A stretch of DNA of 63,645 nucleotides, taken from contig CAXTTL010000005.1 in NCBI GenBank assembly GCA_964247135.1, positions 1-63,645 of the forward strand, written 5' to 3'. The stretch's first letter is position 1; every line of letters begins with the position of its first letter. The translations under genes and the position numbers were made by a program. This DNA is from an uncultured Deinococcales bacterium (GTDB taxonomy: Bacteria > Deinococcota > Deinococci > Deinococcales > JAAFIG01). This document shows, piece after piece, positions 9,188-19,677 of this stretch. Under the pieces are notes generated by a model that saw nothing but the letters and a program-made list of their open reading frames with translations, did no database searches and was not told where the DNA came from.

Positions 9188-10228
9188 TTAATCGTCGTCG
9201 TTGTTGCGCCGCGTCGTCGTCCCTGGGGCGCTCGAGCTTCCCGAGTCACGGCTGGTAAATCCGTGGTCTTTGCGTTTGCCAAAACCGCGTTGTTCGCTGC
9301 CGCCTTCACGTGGCGCAAATCCGCCTTCGCGGGGTTTGAAGCCACCTTCTGGGCGTGGGCTGCTCGAGTCACGGTTGAATGAGCCACCTTCGCGTGGTTT
9401 GAAACCGCCACGGTCACTGCTGCCGCCTTCACGGGGACGGAAGCCGCCGCTCGAGCTTCCACCTCGAGAATCACTGCCGCCTTCGCGTGGTCGGAATCCG
9501 CCACGGTCTCCGCCGCTTGGACGGTCACTGCCGCCGCGTGAATCGCTGCCACCGCGTGGTGAGAATCCACCTTCGCGTGGTTTGAAACCGCCGCTGCGCT
9601 CGCCGCCGTCGCGTCCGAAGCCACGGCTCGGACGGTCGCTGCTCGAGGAGGAGCGGTCTGAGCTTGGACGGTCTGGGCTTGGACGGTCACTGCCGCCGCC
9701 ACGGTCAAATTTTGGTCTGTCGCCAAAGTCGCGCTTGGGTCGGTCGTCGCCGCCACCAAATTTTGGACGGTCGCCGAATTCACGGCGTGGTGGTCTCGAG
9801 TCACGGTCACCAAATTTTGGTCGGTCGCCGAAATCGCGCTTGGGGCGGTCGCCAAAGTCACGGTTTGGACGGTCTCCACTCGGACGGTCGTCACGGCGTG
9901 GGGGTCTGGAGTCGCTGCCACGTTCTTCGATTTTTTTCGCCAGGTTGCGCACCAGGGCGTTCAGTTCTTCGATGCGGGCGGTCAACAGTCCAAGTTGAAT
10001 TTCGACGCCGCTCGGTTCGTCACTGCCCAGGATCGCAGCTTCCTCGTCGGTTGCCAGCACGTATTTGGCGGTTTCTTCGTGATGGGTTGCGTCAATCTGG
10101 TCATCCTCGAGATCGCTTTGATCGGGGGCGACTTCAACCAATTTTGGCTTGCGGGGTTTTCTGACGGTGATTGGTCCTTCGTTCACAACTGCTTTGACGG
10201 CAGTTTCGTCGATGGTCTTGCGTGGCAT
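9188..10228 (-). CDS. Hypothetical RNA-binding protein: S15-like helix plus long RG/DR-rich disordered tail
   Basis: ATG 10228 with an AGAAGGA RBS. Contains SGVEIQLGLLTARIEEL and repeats of FGDRPK and GGF(K/R)PREGG. Confidence 0.75.
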   Translation of the reverse strand: MPRKTIDETAVKAVVNEGPITVRKPRKPKLVEVAPDQSDLEDDQIDATHHEETAKYVLATDEEAAILGSDEPSGVEIQLGLLTARIEELNALVRNLAKKIEERGSDSRPPRRDDRPSGDRPNRDFGDRPKRDFGDRPKFGDRDSRPPRREFGDRPKFGGGDDRPKRDFGDRPKFDRGGGSDRPSPDRPSSDRSSSSSDRPSRGFGRDGGERSGGFKPREGGFSPRGGSDSRGGSDRPSGGDRGGFRPREGGSDSRGGSSSGGFRPREGGSSDRGGFKPREGGSFNRDSSSPRPEGGFKPREGGFAPREGGSEQRGFGKRKDHGFTSRDSGSSSAPGTTTRRNNDDD

Positions 10229-10768
10229 ACTGATCCTTCTTTCTGACGCCGAAGCGTGCTTACAGCAAACGATGAGCGCTCGGTGGCGCTCGAGTCTTAC
10301 TCTGGTGCGCCTTTTTGGCGCTCGAGTTGCCCATTGTACTCTTCTCGAGCCAGTTTCACACAGTTTTTGCGTGTGTGGTTGTCTCGAGGGAACGAAGCGC
10401 TTGCCTTGCCGTGGGTCACGGGCTGTTGCAGCCGCTTGAAGGGGGTTCTCGAACGTGAAAGAAACCTCACGTTCACTGCCCTCAGTGTCCCATGTTCGGG
10501 GACAACACCAAAGAGGCATATGCCCCGCCCCGTCTCGAGGAAACTGTGTTCAAGCATCCTCTTGTTTGGGCTTTAACCGCCTGAGTTTGGTATGCTAGGA
10601 TTCTCAGGGTTGCGAACAGGTTTGCCTGGGCGCACTTTTCATAAATCAAAGCCGCAAGCACAGTTTTGAACTCCAGGACGAAGGTTCTGGGATTTTGTGT
10701 CGAAAGTGGCAAGTAAAGCAACACTGCCGCCGGTCAGACGATTGGCGCAACAGGAAGGGAGGCAGGGC

Positions 10769-11086
10769 TTGGAATCTTCAACAGGAGTTCTCTCGGAACT
10801 CGCCAAACGTGAACAAGCGCTCTCGAGCAAGGTCGAAGCCGCGAAGGTCGAGGCAGCCAAATTGATTTCGGATGCCGAAGCCAAAGCCAAAGAGGTGCTG
10901 TCCAAAGCCGAAGCCGACGTGAAAACCTTGGCGGACGAGTTTAAGGCGCGTCGTGAAGCCGAGGAGAAGAACATTCTCGAGTCTGGCGCGGTCGCAGCCC
11001 GTTCAGCGGCGGATGCCGCAAAATCGGCAGCGCTTGGCAAGGTCGCGGATGCGGTCAAAACGATTGTGGGGCGTGTCTTACCGTGA
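10769..11086 (+). CDS. V/A-type ATP synthase subunit G (peripheral stalk)
   Basis: Ala/Glu/Lys-rich coiled coil; TTG start after GGGAGG; first gene of the operon. Confidence 0.8.
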   Translation: MESSTGVLSELAKREQALSSKVEAAKVEAAKLISDAEAKAKEVLSKAEADVKTLADEFKARREAEEKNILESGAVAARSAADAAKSAALGKVADAVKTIVGRVLP

Positions 11087-13074
11087 TCGCGGACATGGCA
11101 CAAGTATTGATTCTTGGGCGCAAACGTGATTCGCTCGAGGTGGCTCGAGCCTTGCAAAATGCGGGTGTGGTTCACATTGATCCACTCGAGGCTGGCGAAT
11201 TGCCTCGCGCTGTGCTGCAAGGTGCGGATGCCGAACGCAAAAGCATTCTCGAGCGTCAACTCGCCCGTGCCGAATCGGCGCTGGCGGCGTTGGGCGTTTC
11301 AGACGCCGTAGCCGATGAAAGCAAGCTCAAGTCAATTCCAGATTTGGGCGCGTACCTCGAGGAAATCGGGCATCGTACCGATGTGCTTTCAAAAGAACAA
11401 ACCGATTTGGCAGCCGAATTGGGCGCGATTGGGTCGTTCAACACGGTAACGAAGGCGCTGGCAGACTTAAGCGGTTCGCTCTCGAAGTCTGAGCGCGTTG
11501 GCGTTTTGGGTTTCACGTTCGTCAAACCCGAAGAACTTGTCAAGCTCGAGCAAACCCTCAAAGACGCTGGCTTGACGTATGCTTTGGGCAACAAGACGGC
11601 TGGCAACCTCGAAGCTGGAATCTTGGCGGTTAAGAAACAAGACCTGTCGTTGGCTCGTACCGCATTAACCCGCAGTGGTTTGGGTGAGGTTCGTCTGCCA
11701 GGTCGTTTTGAGAACCTTGGGTTCGCTAGCGCTGCCGAGTTGATGTATGACCGTGCCCGTACCGCTCCAGAAGAATTGCAAGGCGTGAATGATGGTCTCG
11801 AGCGTCTCAAGCGCGAACACGCGGGTGCGCTTTCCGCCTCGCGTCTCGAGTTGCGCGACGAACTTGGTCGTTACGACGCGGTGAACGCTTCGGTGGCTGG
11901 CAAGTACGGTTTTGCGATGCGCGGTTGGTTGCCCAAAAAGAACACCTACAGCCTCGAGATGGCACTCGCGCCGTTGAAGGGTCAAGTCATTTACCAGTTC
12001 GAGGATGCGCCAACGCATCATGCCGAGCATGTTCCTGTGACGCTCGACAATGCGCCTGCGGTCAAACCGTTTGAATTGCTGATGGGCATTTTTGCGCCAC
12101 CAGCCTATGGCAGCTTTGACCCAACTTGGGTGATCGCGCTGTGCTTCCCGATTTTCTTCGGTTTTGTGATCGGCGACATTGGTTTGGGTGCGATTTCACT
12201 TGCATTGGCATTTGTGTTGCGCGGCATGGCTGATAGAGGGCAGACGCTCAAAATTGATTTCATGGGTGTTGCCGTTTCAGGCGCACCACTGAAAAACGTG
12301 GCAACTGTTTTAACACACATGGCGGTCTGGAGTATCATCTTCGGCTTTGTCTACGGTGAATTTTTCGGCACACTCGGCGAGCACCTGCATTTGTTTTACA
12401 TTCCAGGTCATGAGGAAACGGGTTTGATCCCAATTCTGATCCCACGTCTCGAGAGTACCGCCACGGGTTTGATGCTGATTCTGTCACTCATTCCAGGCAT
12501 CTTGCAGATTCTTTACGGTTGGTTTATTCGCTTCCGTTTGGGATTGCAGCACGGCGATAAAAAGCACACCTTTGAAGGCATCGGCATGTTCGTTGGTCTG
12601 GTCGGTCTGATTCTGGTTTCGTACTCGTTCCGCAACCCAGGCACACCACCGATTGTCAACCTCATTGCTGCGGTTTGCGGTCTTGTGTTCGTCGCCTGCG
12701 TCTTCTTGTCGGGCGTGTTCATGATGTTTATCGAAATCATTTCCAACGGCGGCAACATCCTCAGTTACTTGCGTTTGTACGCGGTCGGTCTCTCGAGCGC
12801 GGTGCTTGGGAAACTGGCGACGGACGCGGGTTGGAGTCTGGGCATGGGTGTCGGCGGCGGTAAGGGTCTGGCGCTCGGGGTTCTGGGCGTGATTGGCGGC
12901 GTGATCGTCGCCACCCTGATTCACTTCTTAGCGATTTTGTTCACCATCATCGGTCACGTCTTGCAGCCTTTGCGTTTGCATTACGCTGAGTTCTTTACCA
13001 AGTTCGGGTTTTATGACGGTAGTGGTCGGCAGTACAAGCCATTCGCTCGCTTGAGCCAAGCGCCCAAGCCATAA
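11083..13074 (+). CDS. atpI: V/A-type ATP synthase subunit I
   Basis: DPTW..FFGFVIGD, LSYLRLYAVGL, LRLHYAEFF. Confidence 0.95.
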   Translation: MIADMAQVLILGRKRDSLEVARALQNAGVVHIDPLEAGELPRAVLQGADAERKSILERQLARAESALAALGVSDAVADESKLKSIPDLGAYLEEIGHRTDVLSKEQTDLAAELGAIGSFNTVTKALADLSGSLSKSERVGVLGFTFVKPEELVKLEQTLKDAGLTYALGNKTAGNLEAGILAVKKQDLSLARTALTRSGLGEVRLPGRFENLGFASAAELMYDRARTAPEELQGVNDGLERLKREHAGALSASRLELRDELGRYDAVNASVAGKYGFAMRGWLPKKNTYSLEMALAPLKGQVIYQFEDAPTHHAEHVPVTLDNAPAVKPFELLMGIFAPPAYGSFDPTWVIALCFPIFFGFVIGDIGLGAISLALAFVLRGMADRGQTLKIDFMGVAVSGAPLKNVATVLTHMAVWSIIFGFVYGEFFGTLGEHLHLFYIPGHEETGLIPILIPRLESTATGLMLILSLIPGILQILYGWFIRFRLGLQHGDKKHTFEGIGMFVGLVGLILVSYSFRNPGTPPIVNLIAAVCGLVFVACVFLSGVFMMFIEIISNGGNILSYLRLYAVGLSSAVLGKLATDAGWSLGMGVGGGKGLALGVLGVIGGVIVATLIHFLAILFTIIGHVLQPLRLHYAEFFTKFGFYDGSGRQYKPFARLSQAPKP

Positions 13075-13128
13075 GATTTCTCGAGTTTTTCAAAACAGAT
13101 GGTTTTGGAAGCATTTTTTGGAGGTTAT

Positions 13129-13440
13129 ATGAAGAAGTACGGATTCTTGATTTCGTTGTTGGTTCTCGCCCTCGGTTCAATCGGTTTCGCTCAAGATGCT
13201 GCGGCAGCCGCAGGCACGTCAATCGGTGGCGGTTTGGCAGCCATCGGTGCAGGTTTGGGTTTGGGCTTGGCAGCCGTCGGCGTGGGTCTGGCACAGGGTC
13301 GTATCGGTGCAGCCGCCGCTGGCGCAGTTGCCGAAAAGCCAAGCTTGTTCGGTACGCTCTTGATTTACTTGGTCATTCCAGAAACCCTCGTGATTTTCGG
13401 CTTCCTCGTGGTGATCTTCTTCCAAGGCGCAGTGAAATAA
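13129..13440 (+). CDS. atpK: V/A-type ATP synthase proteolipid subunit K/c
   Basis: Gly-rich helix GLGLGLAAVG and IPETLVIFG with the ion-binding Glu; GGAGG RBS. Confidence 0.93.
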   Translation: MKKYGFLISLLVLALGSIGFAQDAAAAAGTSIGGGLAAIGAGLGLGLAAVGVGLAQGRIGAAAAGAVAEKPSLFGTLLIYLVIPETLVIFGFLVVIFFQGAVK

Positions 13441-13443
13441 ACC

Positions 13444-14019
13444 ATGGCTGACCTAGCCACCCTACTCGAGTCCGAAGCGAACGCGGAAGTTGAGGCGATT
13501 CTCAGCGAAGCCCGTTCCAAAGCGGACGTGATCGTGCAAAACGCGAATGAGCAAGCCAAAAGCCTGGTCGATTCTCGTCGTCGCACGCTCGAGGCTGAAC
13601 TGGTTGCGGCTCAGGTTCGTGCAAAAAGCGCTGCCGATTTGGACGCGGCATCGCAACGTCTGAACGCCAACCATGTCGCCACCGAACAATCTTTCAATCA
13701 AGCCGAAACCGAGTTGCGCAACTTTACCAAAAGCGGCGAATACAAATCCGTGCTCGAGAAATTGATTCGTGAAGTTCAGGGCGCACTGAGCAACATTTCC
13801 AAACTCGAGGTTCACCCCGACGACGTGGCGGTTGCCACCGAAGCGGCGAAAAACGCGGGTTTGAACGTTGCCGTGACCGCCAACAGCGATGTTGAAACTG
13901 GAGTCCGTGCCGTTGCCGAAGGTGGTCAATCTTCGATTACCAACACCCTTTTGGGTCGTCTTGGACGCGCTCGAGATGGCTTGTTAAGCGAAGTCGCCCG
14001 AACGTTAACGGGGAATTGA
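13444..14019 (+). CDS. atpE: V/A-type ATP synthase subunit E
   Basis: N-terminal coiled coil, VHPDD, ITNTLLGRL; operon position. Confidence 0.9.
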   Translation: MADLATLLESEANAEVEAILSEARSKADVIVQNANEQAKSLVDSRRRTLEAELVAAQVRAKSAADLDAASQRLNANHVATEQSFNQAETELRNFTKSGEYKSVLEKLIREVQGALSNISKLEVHPDDVAVATEAAKNAGLNVAVTANSDVETGVRAVAEGGQSSITNTLLGRLGRARDGLLSEVARTLTGN

Positions 14020-14025
14020 GGACCT

Positions 14026-15021
14026 GTGCCTGACGATTACGGTTACATCAATGCACGGGTGCGAGTCATGCACTCCAAATTGCTCTCCTCAAAACTCGAG
14101 GAGGCGCTTTCTGCCGAATCTTACAGCGAGTATTTGCGCGTCCTAACAGAAACCGACCTTGCCCCTGACCTTGGTGATGCCACGGCTCAGGGTGCGGGTT
14201 TGAACGAGTTGGACAAAGCCCTCTCGAGGAACTTTTTTGGTGTGGCTCAAAAATTGGCTGGTCTTGGCGACGGCAATGCCGGACGCGAGATTGGTTTGTT
14301 GCTCTCCAAGTACGACCTCTTGAACCTCAAAGCCATCGCTCGAGGCAAGTTTTCGGGTCGTGGCAGCGACGAGATCGAGAAAAGTTTGATTCCCGCCGGA
14401 ACGATCAAACCCGCCGTGCTTTCTGGTTTGGCTGCCGCCCCCGATTTGGGTTCGCTGGCGCAAAACCTGAACGTGGTCGGGCATCCTCTGGCGAACAGTT
14501 TTAGAACCGCCGTGGCGCAACTCGCTGGCGACAACGATTTGCTTGCTTTCGAGGTGTCCTTGGATCAAGCCTATTACTCAGAAGCTTTAAAGCGCTCGAG
14601 CGACACCTTGACCAATTACTTCAAACGCGACATTGACGGCGCGAACATCCTGACCGCCCTCAAGTTGAAGGCACAAGGCAACCCGAGCAACAGTGACCGT
14701 TACTTTGTGGCTGGCGGTAAAGAGGTCAGCCGTGAACGCTTCGCCCTGATTGCCAGCGGCACGGGTGGACTCGATGGGCTTGCCGCCTTCTCGAGTTTGT
14801 CCGAAACCACAGACCTGGGTCAAGCCGAAACGGTGGTTCGCAGCGTTTTGTTACACGATGCCAAACGCCTTTACACCAGTGATGCGCTCGGTATCGGCGT
14901 GGTGATTGGTTTCTTGAAAGAAAAAGAAAACGAAGTCGCCCTGACCCGTTTGATCGCCAGGGGCAAGTTCTACGGCGTGCCAAGCGAAACGCTTCGCAAG
15001 GAGGTTGGCAATGGCTTATAA
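14026..15021 (+). CDS. atpC: V/A-type ATP synthase subunit C
   Basis: DDYGYINARVR, YDLLNLKAIARGK, ENEVALTRLIARGK. Confidence 0.93.
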   Translation: MPDDYGYINARVRVMHSKLLSSKLEEALSAESYSEYLRVLTETDLAPDLGDATAQGAGLNELDKALSRNFFGVAQKLAGLGDGNAGREIGLLLSKYDLLNLKAIARGKFSGRGSDEIEKSLIPAGTIKPAVLSGLAAAPDLGSLAQNLNVVGHPLANSFRTAVAQLAGDNDLLAFEVSLDQAYYSEALKRSSDTLTNYFKRDIDGANILTALKLKAQGNPSNSDRYFVAGGKEVSRERFALIASGTGGLDGLAAFSSLSETTDLGQAETVVRSVLLHDAKRLYTSDALGIGVVIGFLKEKENEVALTRLIARGKFYGVPSETLRKEVGNGL

Positions 15022-15340
15022 AATGGCAATTGTGACCGACGGCGAAACTGCCACAGGTTTCCGCCTCGCGGGTGTTGAAGTGCTCGAGGCAAGCGACCAA
15101 GCCAGCGCCATCAAAGTGCTCGAAATTGCAATCTCGAGTGGCGAATATGGTCTGGTTGCCGTGGATGAAAGCTTGATCCCCGATCCTGCCAAGTCGCTCG
15201 AGCGTCAAATGCGTGGTCGTGACTTGCCCGTACTTCTGCCAATGCCAAGCCTCAGCTTTGCATTTACCGAAGGGCAAGACGCCAAAGCCTACATGCGCGA
15301 ACTCGTGCGCAGCACCATTGGTTTTGAAATCAAGATGTAA
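15011..15340 (+). CDS. atpF: V/A-type ATP synthase subunit F
   Basis: DGETATGFRLAGV and VRSTIGFEIK. Confidence 0.93.
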   Translation: MAYKMAIVTDGETATGFRLAGVEVLEASDQASAIKVLEIAISSGEYGLVAVDESLIPDPAKSLERQMRGRDLPVLLPMPSLSFAFTEGQDAKAYMRELVRSTIGFEIKM

Positions 15341-15431
15341 ACAAAATTGATTTTTAGGCTCGAGAGAACCTCGAGATGCACAAAGCTCTCTCGGGCTTGA
15401 AAGTCCAAGAAATTTTTTTGAGGAGGTCAGA

Positions 15432-17168
15432 ATGGCAGGCAAAATCAAATCTATCGCCGGTCCTGCGGTGCTTGTTGAAGACCTTGAAGGCGCGAAAATG
15501 AACGATATCGTTCGCGTCGGTAAGGAAGAACTCGTCGGTGAGATCATTCGTCTCGACGGCAACATTTGTTTCGTTCAGGTGTACGAAGACACCAACGGTT
15601 TGACCGTCGGCGAAACGGTGTACACCACCAACTTGCCGCTCGCGGTCGAGCTTGGACCTGGCATGTTAAACGGTATTTTCGACGGCATTCAACGTCCGCT
15701 CGATAAAATCCGTGAGGCTTCAGGCGATTTCATCGCCCGTGGTATCAACGTCAAATCCTTGTCGCGCACGGCAAAATGGGCGTTTACCCCAAGCGTCAAA
15801 ATCGGCGACCATGTCGCTGGCGGCTCGAGCCTTGGCACAGTGCCAGAGTTCAGCTTCACCCACAAGATTCTTGTTCCACCGACCACCTCGGGCGTGATTA
15901 AAACCCTGAAACCCGCCGGTGAGTACGTGCTCGATGATGTCATTGCGACGCTCGAGGATGGTACGGAACTGAAGATGTATCACACTTGGGCGGTGCGTAA
16001 AGCGCGTCCAGTCAACACCAAACTCGATCCCAACCTGCCGTTCCTCACGGGTATGCGCATTCTCGATGTGCTCTTCCCGCTGACCGCAGGTGGCACGGCA
16101 GCGATTCCAGGACCGTTCGGTTCGGGCAAGACCGTGACCCAACAAAGCATTGCCAAGTTTGGTAACGCCGACATCGTGGTTTACGTGGGTTGCGGGGAGC
16201 GCGGCAACGAAATGACCGACGTGTTGGTCGAATTCCCAGAACTCGAGGACCCAAAAACGGGCAACCCGCTGATGCAGCGCACGATCTTGTTGGCGAACAC
16301 CTCCAACATGCCCGTCGCCGCTCGAGAAGCCAGCTTGTACTGCGGTGTGACCCTCGCCGAATACTTCCGCGATCAAGGTTACGCCGTGTCGATGATGGCG
16401 GACAGCACCAGCCGTTGGGCTGAGGCGCTCCGTGAAATCGCCTCGCGCCTTCAAGAAATGCCAGCCGAGGAAGGTTACCCACCGTACCTTTCATCACGTC
16501 TTTCGGCATTCTACGAACGCGCTGGTCGCGTTAAAACGCTCGAGGGTCAAGCTGGTTCGGTTTCGGTCATCGGTGCTGTTTCGCCAGCCGGTGGCGACCT
16601 TTCAGAACCTGTCACCCAAGCCACGCTCCGTATCACGGGTGCGTTCTGGGCGCTCGATGCCAGCCTTGCCCGTGCGCGTCACTTCCCAGCCATCAACTGG
16701 GCGCAAAGCTACAGCTTGTTCATGAACATCCTCGAGCCTTGGTATCGCGCAAACATCAACCAGGATTACCCAGAATTGCGCCTCGAGATTCTGACGTTGC
16801 TTCAACGCGAAGCCGCACTGCAAGAAGTCGTGCAACTGGTGGGTCCTGATGCGCTGCAAGACGCCGAACGCCTCAATTTGGAGGTTGGACGCATCATCCG
16901 CGAAGATTTCTTGCAACAAAACGGTTACGACAAGGTAGACGCCAGTTGCTCAATGGAAAAAGCCTACGGCATGATGCAAATGATGACCGCGCTCAACAAA
17001 GCTGGCGAAGCCATGCTCCACAAAGGCGGCAGCATCAACGACTTCTTGAACGATGCAAACACCCTCGAGAAAGTTGGTCGTGCGCGTTTCGTTCCAGAAA
17101 ATGAATTCCAAGCCTACATGGCGGATTACATGAAGTCGCTCGAGACTGCATTCAAAGCAACAGCGTAA
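15432..17168 (+). CDS. atpA: V/A-type ATP synthase subunit A
   Basis: [29 protein letters not shown]; 578 aa, with no intein-sized insertion. Confidence 0.97.
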   Translation: MAGKIKSIAGPAVLVEDLEGAKMNDIVRVGKEELVGEIIRLDGNICFVQVYEDTNGLTVGETVYTTNLPLAVELGPGMLNGIFDGIQRPLDKIREASGDFIARGINVKSLSRTAKWAFTPSVKIGDHVAGGSSLGTVPEFSFTHKILVPPTTSGVIKTLKPAGEYVLDDVIATLEDGTELKMYHTWAVRKARPVNTKLDPNLPFLTGMRILDVLFPLTAGGTAAIPGPFGSGKTVTQQSIAKFGNADIVVYVGCGERGNEMTDVLVEFPELEDPKTGNPLMQRTILLANTSNMPVAAREASLYCGVTLAEYFRDQGYAVSMMADSTSRWAEALREIASRLQEMPAEEGYPPYLSSRLSAFYERAGRVKTLEGQAGSVSVIGAVSPAGGDLSEPVTQATLRITGAFWALDASLARARHFPAINWAQSYSLFMNILEPWYRANINQDYPELRLEILTLLQREAALQEVVQLVGPDALQDAERLNLEVGRIIREDFLQQNGYDKVDASCSMEKAYGMMQMMTALNKAGEAMLHKGGSINDFLNDANTLEKVGRARFVPENEFQAYMADYMKSLETAFKATA

Positions 17169-17179
17169 GGAGGCATGAC

Positions 17180-18583
17180 ATGGATTTATTGAAAAAAGAG
17201 TATACCTCAGCCAGTTACGTCTCTGGACCGTTGTTGTTCCTTGATGGCGCAAAAGACCTGCCTTATGGCGCAATTGTGGACATCACCGACGGCAGCAAAC
17301 GCATTCGCGGTGGTCAGGTCATCGAAGTTTCGGACGAGTACACCGTGCTTCAAGTCTTCGAGGAAACATCAGGACTTGATCTGGCGAATACCAGTGTCAG
17401 CCTGGTCGAAGACGTGGCGCGACTTGGTGTCAGCAAAGAAATGATCGGACGCCGTTTCAACGGTATCGGCAAACCCATTGACGGTCTGCCAGCCGTGGTC
17501 GCCGACAAGCGCCTGCCGATTAATGGTAGCGCCATCAACCCTGTTGCTCGAGAGAAGCCAGAAGAATTTATTCAAACGGGTGTCAGCGCGATTGACGTGA
17601 ACATTACTTTGGTTCGTGGTCAAAAGCTGCCGATTTTCTCGGGTTCTGGTTTGCCGCACAACGAACTCGCCGCGCAAATTGCCCGTCAAGCCAAGGTCAT
17701 TGGCGAGGGCGGCGAAGGTTTCGCCGTGGTCTTCGCGGCAATGGGTATCACCCAACGCGAAGTCTCGTACTTTGTCAACGAATTTGAACGCACGGGCGCT
17801 CTTGCCCGTTCGGTCTTGTTCCTCAACAAAGCCGACGATCCAACCGTCGAACGTCTGCTGACCCCGCGCATGGCGCTCACCGCCGCCGAATACCTGGCGT
17901 TCGAGCTTGGTTATCACGTGCTCGTGATCCTGACCGATTTGACCAACTACTGCGAGGCGCTTCGTGAAATCGGTGGCGCTCGAGAAGAAATTCCTGGTCG
18001 TCGCGGCTACCCAGGTTACATGTACACCGATCTTGCTTCACTCTACGAACGCGCGGGCGTCATTCACGGTAAACCAGGTTCGGTTACCCAAATTCCGATC
18101 CTTTCGATGCCCGGTGACGACATCACCCACCCGATTCCAGATTTGACCGGTTACATCACCGAAGGGCAGATTTTCGTCTCGCGTCAACTTGCCAGCGCCG
18201 GTATTTTCCCGCCAATCAACGTGCAGCCAAGCCTGTCACGTTTGATGGGCAACGGCATCGGTAAAGGCAAAACCCGAGCCGATCACAAAGAAGTCGCCGA
18301 TCAGTTGTTCGCCTCTTACGCTCGAGGTGTGGATTTGCGTAAACTCGTCGCCATTACGGGTGAAGATGCCCTGACCGACAACGACAAAAAGTACCTGCGT
18401 TTTGCCGAAGGTTTCGAGCAGAAATTCATCAACCAAGGCGCAGCCGACCGCAGCATCGAGCAAAGCCTCAACATCGCGTGGGCATTGTTAAGCGAATTCC
18501 CACGCACCGAGTTGAAACGTATTCGCAAAGAATACATTGAAACCTATTACGGCACACAAAAAATGTCGGAATTGGTCGCGTAA
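17180..18583 (+). CDS. atpB: V/A-type ATP synthase subunit B
   Basis: [41 protein letters not shown]. Confidence 0.97.
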   Translation: MDLLKKEYTSASYVSGPLLFLDGAKDLPYGAIVDITDGSKRIRGGQVIEVSDEYTVLQVFEETSGLDLANTSVSLVEDVARLGVSKEMIGRRFNGIGKPIDGLPAVVADKRLPINGSAINPVAREKPEEFIQTGVSAIDVNITLVRGQKLPIFSGSGLPHNELAAQIARQAKVIGEGGEGFAVVFAAMGITQREVSYFVNEFERTGALARSVLFLNKADDPTVERLLTPRMALTAAEYLAFELGYHVLVILTDLTNYCEALREIGGAREEIPGRRGYPGYMYTDLASLYERAGVIHGKPGSVTQIPILSMPGDDITHPIPDLTGYITEGQIFVSRQLASAGIFPPINVQPSLSRLMGNGIGKGKTRADHKEVADQLFASYARGVDLRKLVAITGEDALTDNDKKYLRFAEGFEQKFINQGAADRSIEQSLNIAWALLSEFPRTELKRIRKEYIETYYGTQKMSELVA

Positions 18584-18584
18584 A

Positions 18585-18736
18585 CTCTCACCCGACTCGC
18601 TGAGGCTCGTCACCCTCTCTCGCAAGCGAAAGAGGGTTCAACAGTTCAAAAGTTGTTTAAGAGTAACCATTTCAACCCAACAACAAAAAACCAAAACTCC
18701 CTTCTCTCGATGTTGAGAGAAGGGTCGGGGATGAGA
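18585..18736. repeat. Composite REP-like palindromic element (copy C) between atpB and atpD
   Basis: Same two-hairpin layout as the reverse complement of 3002-3134. Confidence 0.75.
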
Positions 18737-18789
18737 GAAGAGCAAGTATCAAAGCTCGAGTTCACATCACAGCAAGGGAGGTGTAACAC

Positions 18790-19464
18790 ATGGCGGAACA
18801 AGTCAGTCCAACCCGCAGCAACCTGATTGCCAAACGCGGTCAACGTCGCCTGGCAGTCCAAGGCGTGGATTTGCTCAAACGCAAACGTGACGCGTTGATC
18901 GGTGAGTTCTTCGCGCTGGTCAAAGAGTCCCTGGCGGCTCGAGAGGCGCTGCAAAGTACCAGCAAGGACGCCTACTTCGCTCTTTTTCTGGCGAAAGCTT
19001 GGGACAGCCCAGAAGCCGTAGAATCGCTGGCACTCGCGCGTAAGGCAGGACTTAACCTCGAGCTTTCGGTCGAAAGCATTTATGGTGTGAAAGTCCCCAA
19101 GATTGTCATGCCAGAAATTTCCAAGGTGCTGCCGTTCAGCCCAATCGGGGCAGGCGCTCGCACGCTCGAGGCGGCAGGACAATTTCAGAACGTGGTCGAA
19201 GCCTTGATTAACGTGGCAGCCACCGAGAACAAATTGCGGCGTATCGGTGAGGAAATCAAAAAAACCTCGAGACGCGTCAATGCGCTCGAGCAGATTGTCG
19301 TGCCGGATATTACGGCGCAGATCAAAGGCATTTCGGATGTGCTCGATCAACGCGCACTCGAGGAAGTTACGACCTTGAAGCGGATTAAAGCCAAAATTGA
19401 TGCCGAAGCCGAAGACGCTTCTGGCAAAGCGATTGCGTCTCAGGCGGTTGGCGCAGGACTTTAA
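18790..19464 (+). CDS. atpD: V/A-type ATP synthase subunit D
   Basis: SPTRSNL, LLKRKRDAL, KTSRRVNALEQ. Confidence 0.95.
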   Translation: MAEQVSPTRSNLIAKRGQRRLAVQGVDLLKRKRDALIGEFFALVKESLAAREALQSTSKDAYFALFLAKAWDSPEAVESLALARKAGLNLELSVESIYGVKVPKIVMPEISKVLPFSPIGAGARTLEAAGQFQNVVEALINVAATENKLRRIGEEIKKTSRRVNALEQIVVPDITAQIKGISDVLDQRALEEVTTLKRIKAKIDAEAEDASGKAIASQAVGAGL

Positions 19465-19485
19465 GAATATTTTACAAGCTGTTTT

Positions 19486-19514
19486 AACCCCCAATCTCGA
19501 GATTGGGGGTTTTT
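19486..19514 (+). terminator. Intrinsic terminator of the ATPase operon
   Basis: Perfect 26-bp palindrome AACCCCCAATCTCGAGATTGGGGGTT followed by a T-run. Confidence 0.85.
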
Positions 19515-19677
19515 GGTGCTGGTGTTATCGAACGGCGTTCAAAAAGTGATGTCCTTGGGGGTGGGCATGTTAACCTGAGCAAGTGATTCATTTATGACTG
19601 TATTTTTCTGACCAAACGCACACCCATGAAAAATACAAGCATTTTCCCGCAATGTTGTTGCGGGAACAGGAGTCACC

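Noticed and set aside
9300-9900. Repeats considered as a CRISPR array
   Set aside because: They are degenerate in-frame coding repeats with no constant repeat/unique spacer pattern, and no cas genes are present.
9025-9998. Long alternative ORFs 9025-9921 (-) and 9201-9998 (+)
   Set aside because: Shadows of the low-complexity repeat gene. Only the 9188-10228 frame has an RBS and a coherent composition.
10229-10560. Possible tmRNA, RNase P, SRP or 6S RNA, or a 97-aa N-terminal extension of the ORF
   Set aside because: No recognisable consensus ends or motifs for these RNAs. The extension lies upstream of a good RBS-ATG. Kept only as an unassigned structured leader.
15432-17168. Intein in ATPase subunit A
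   Set aside because: The length (578 aa) and continuous motifs leave no room for an insertion.
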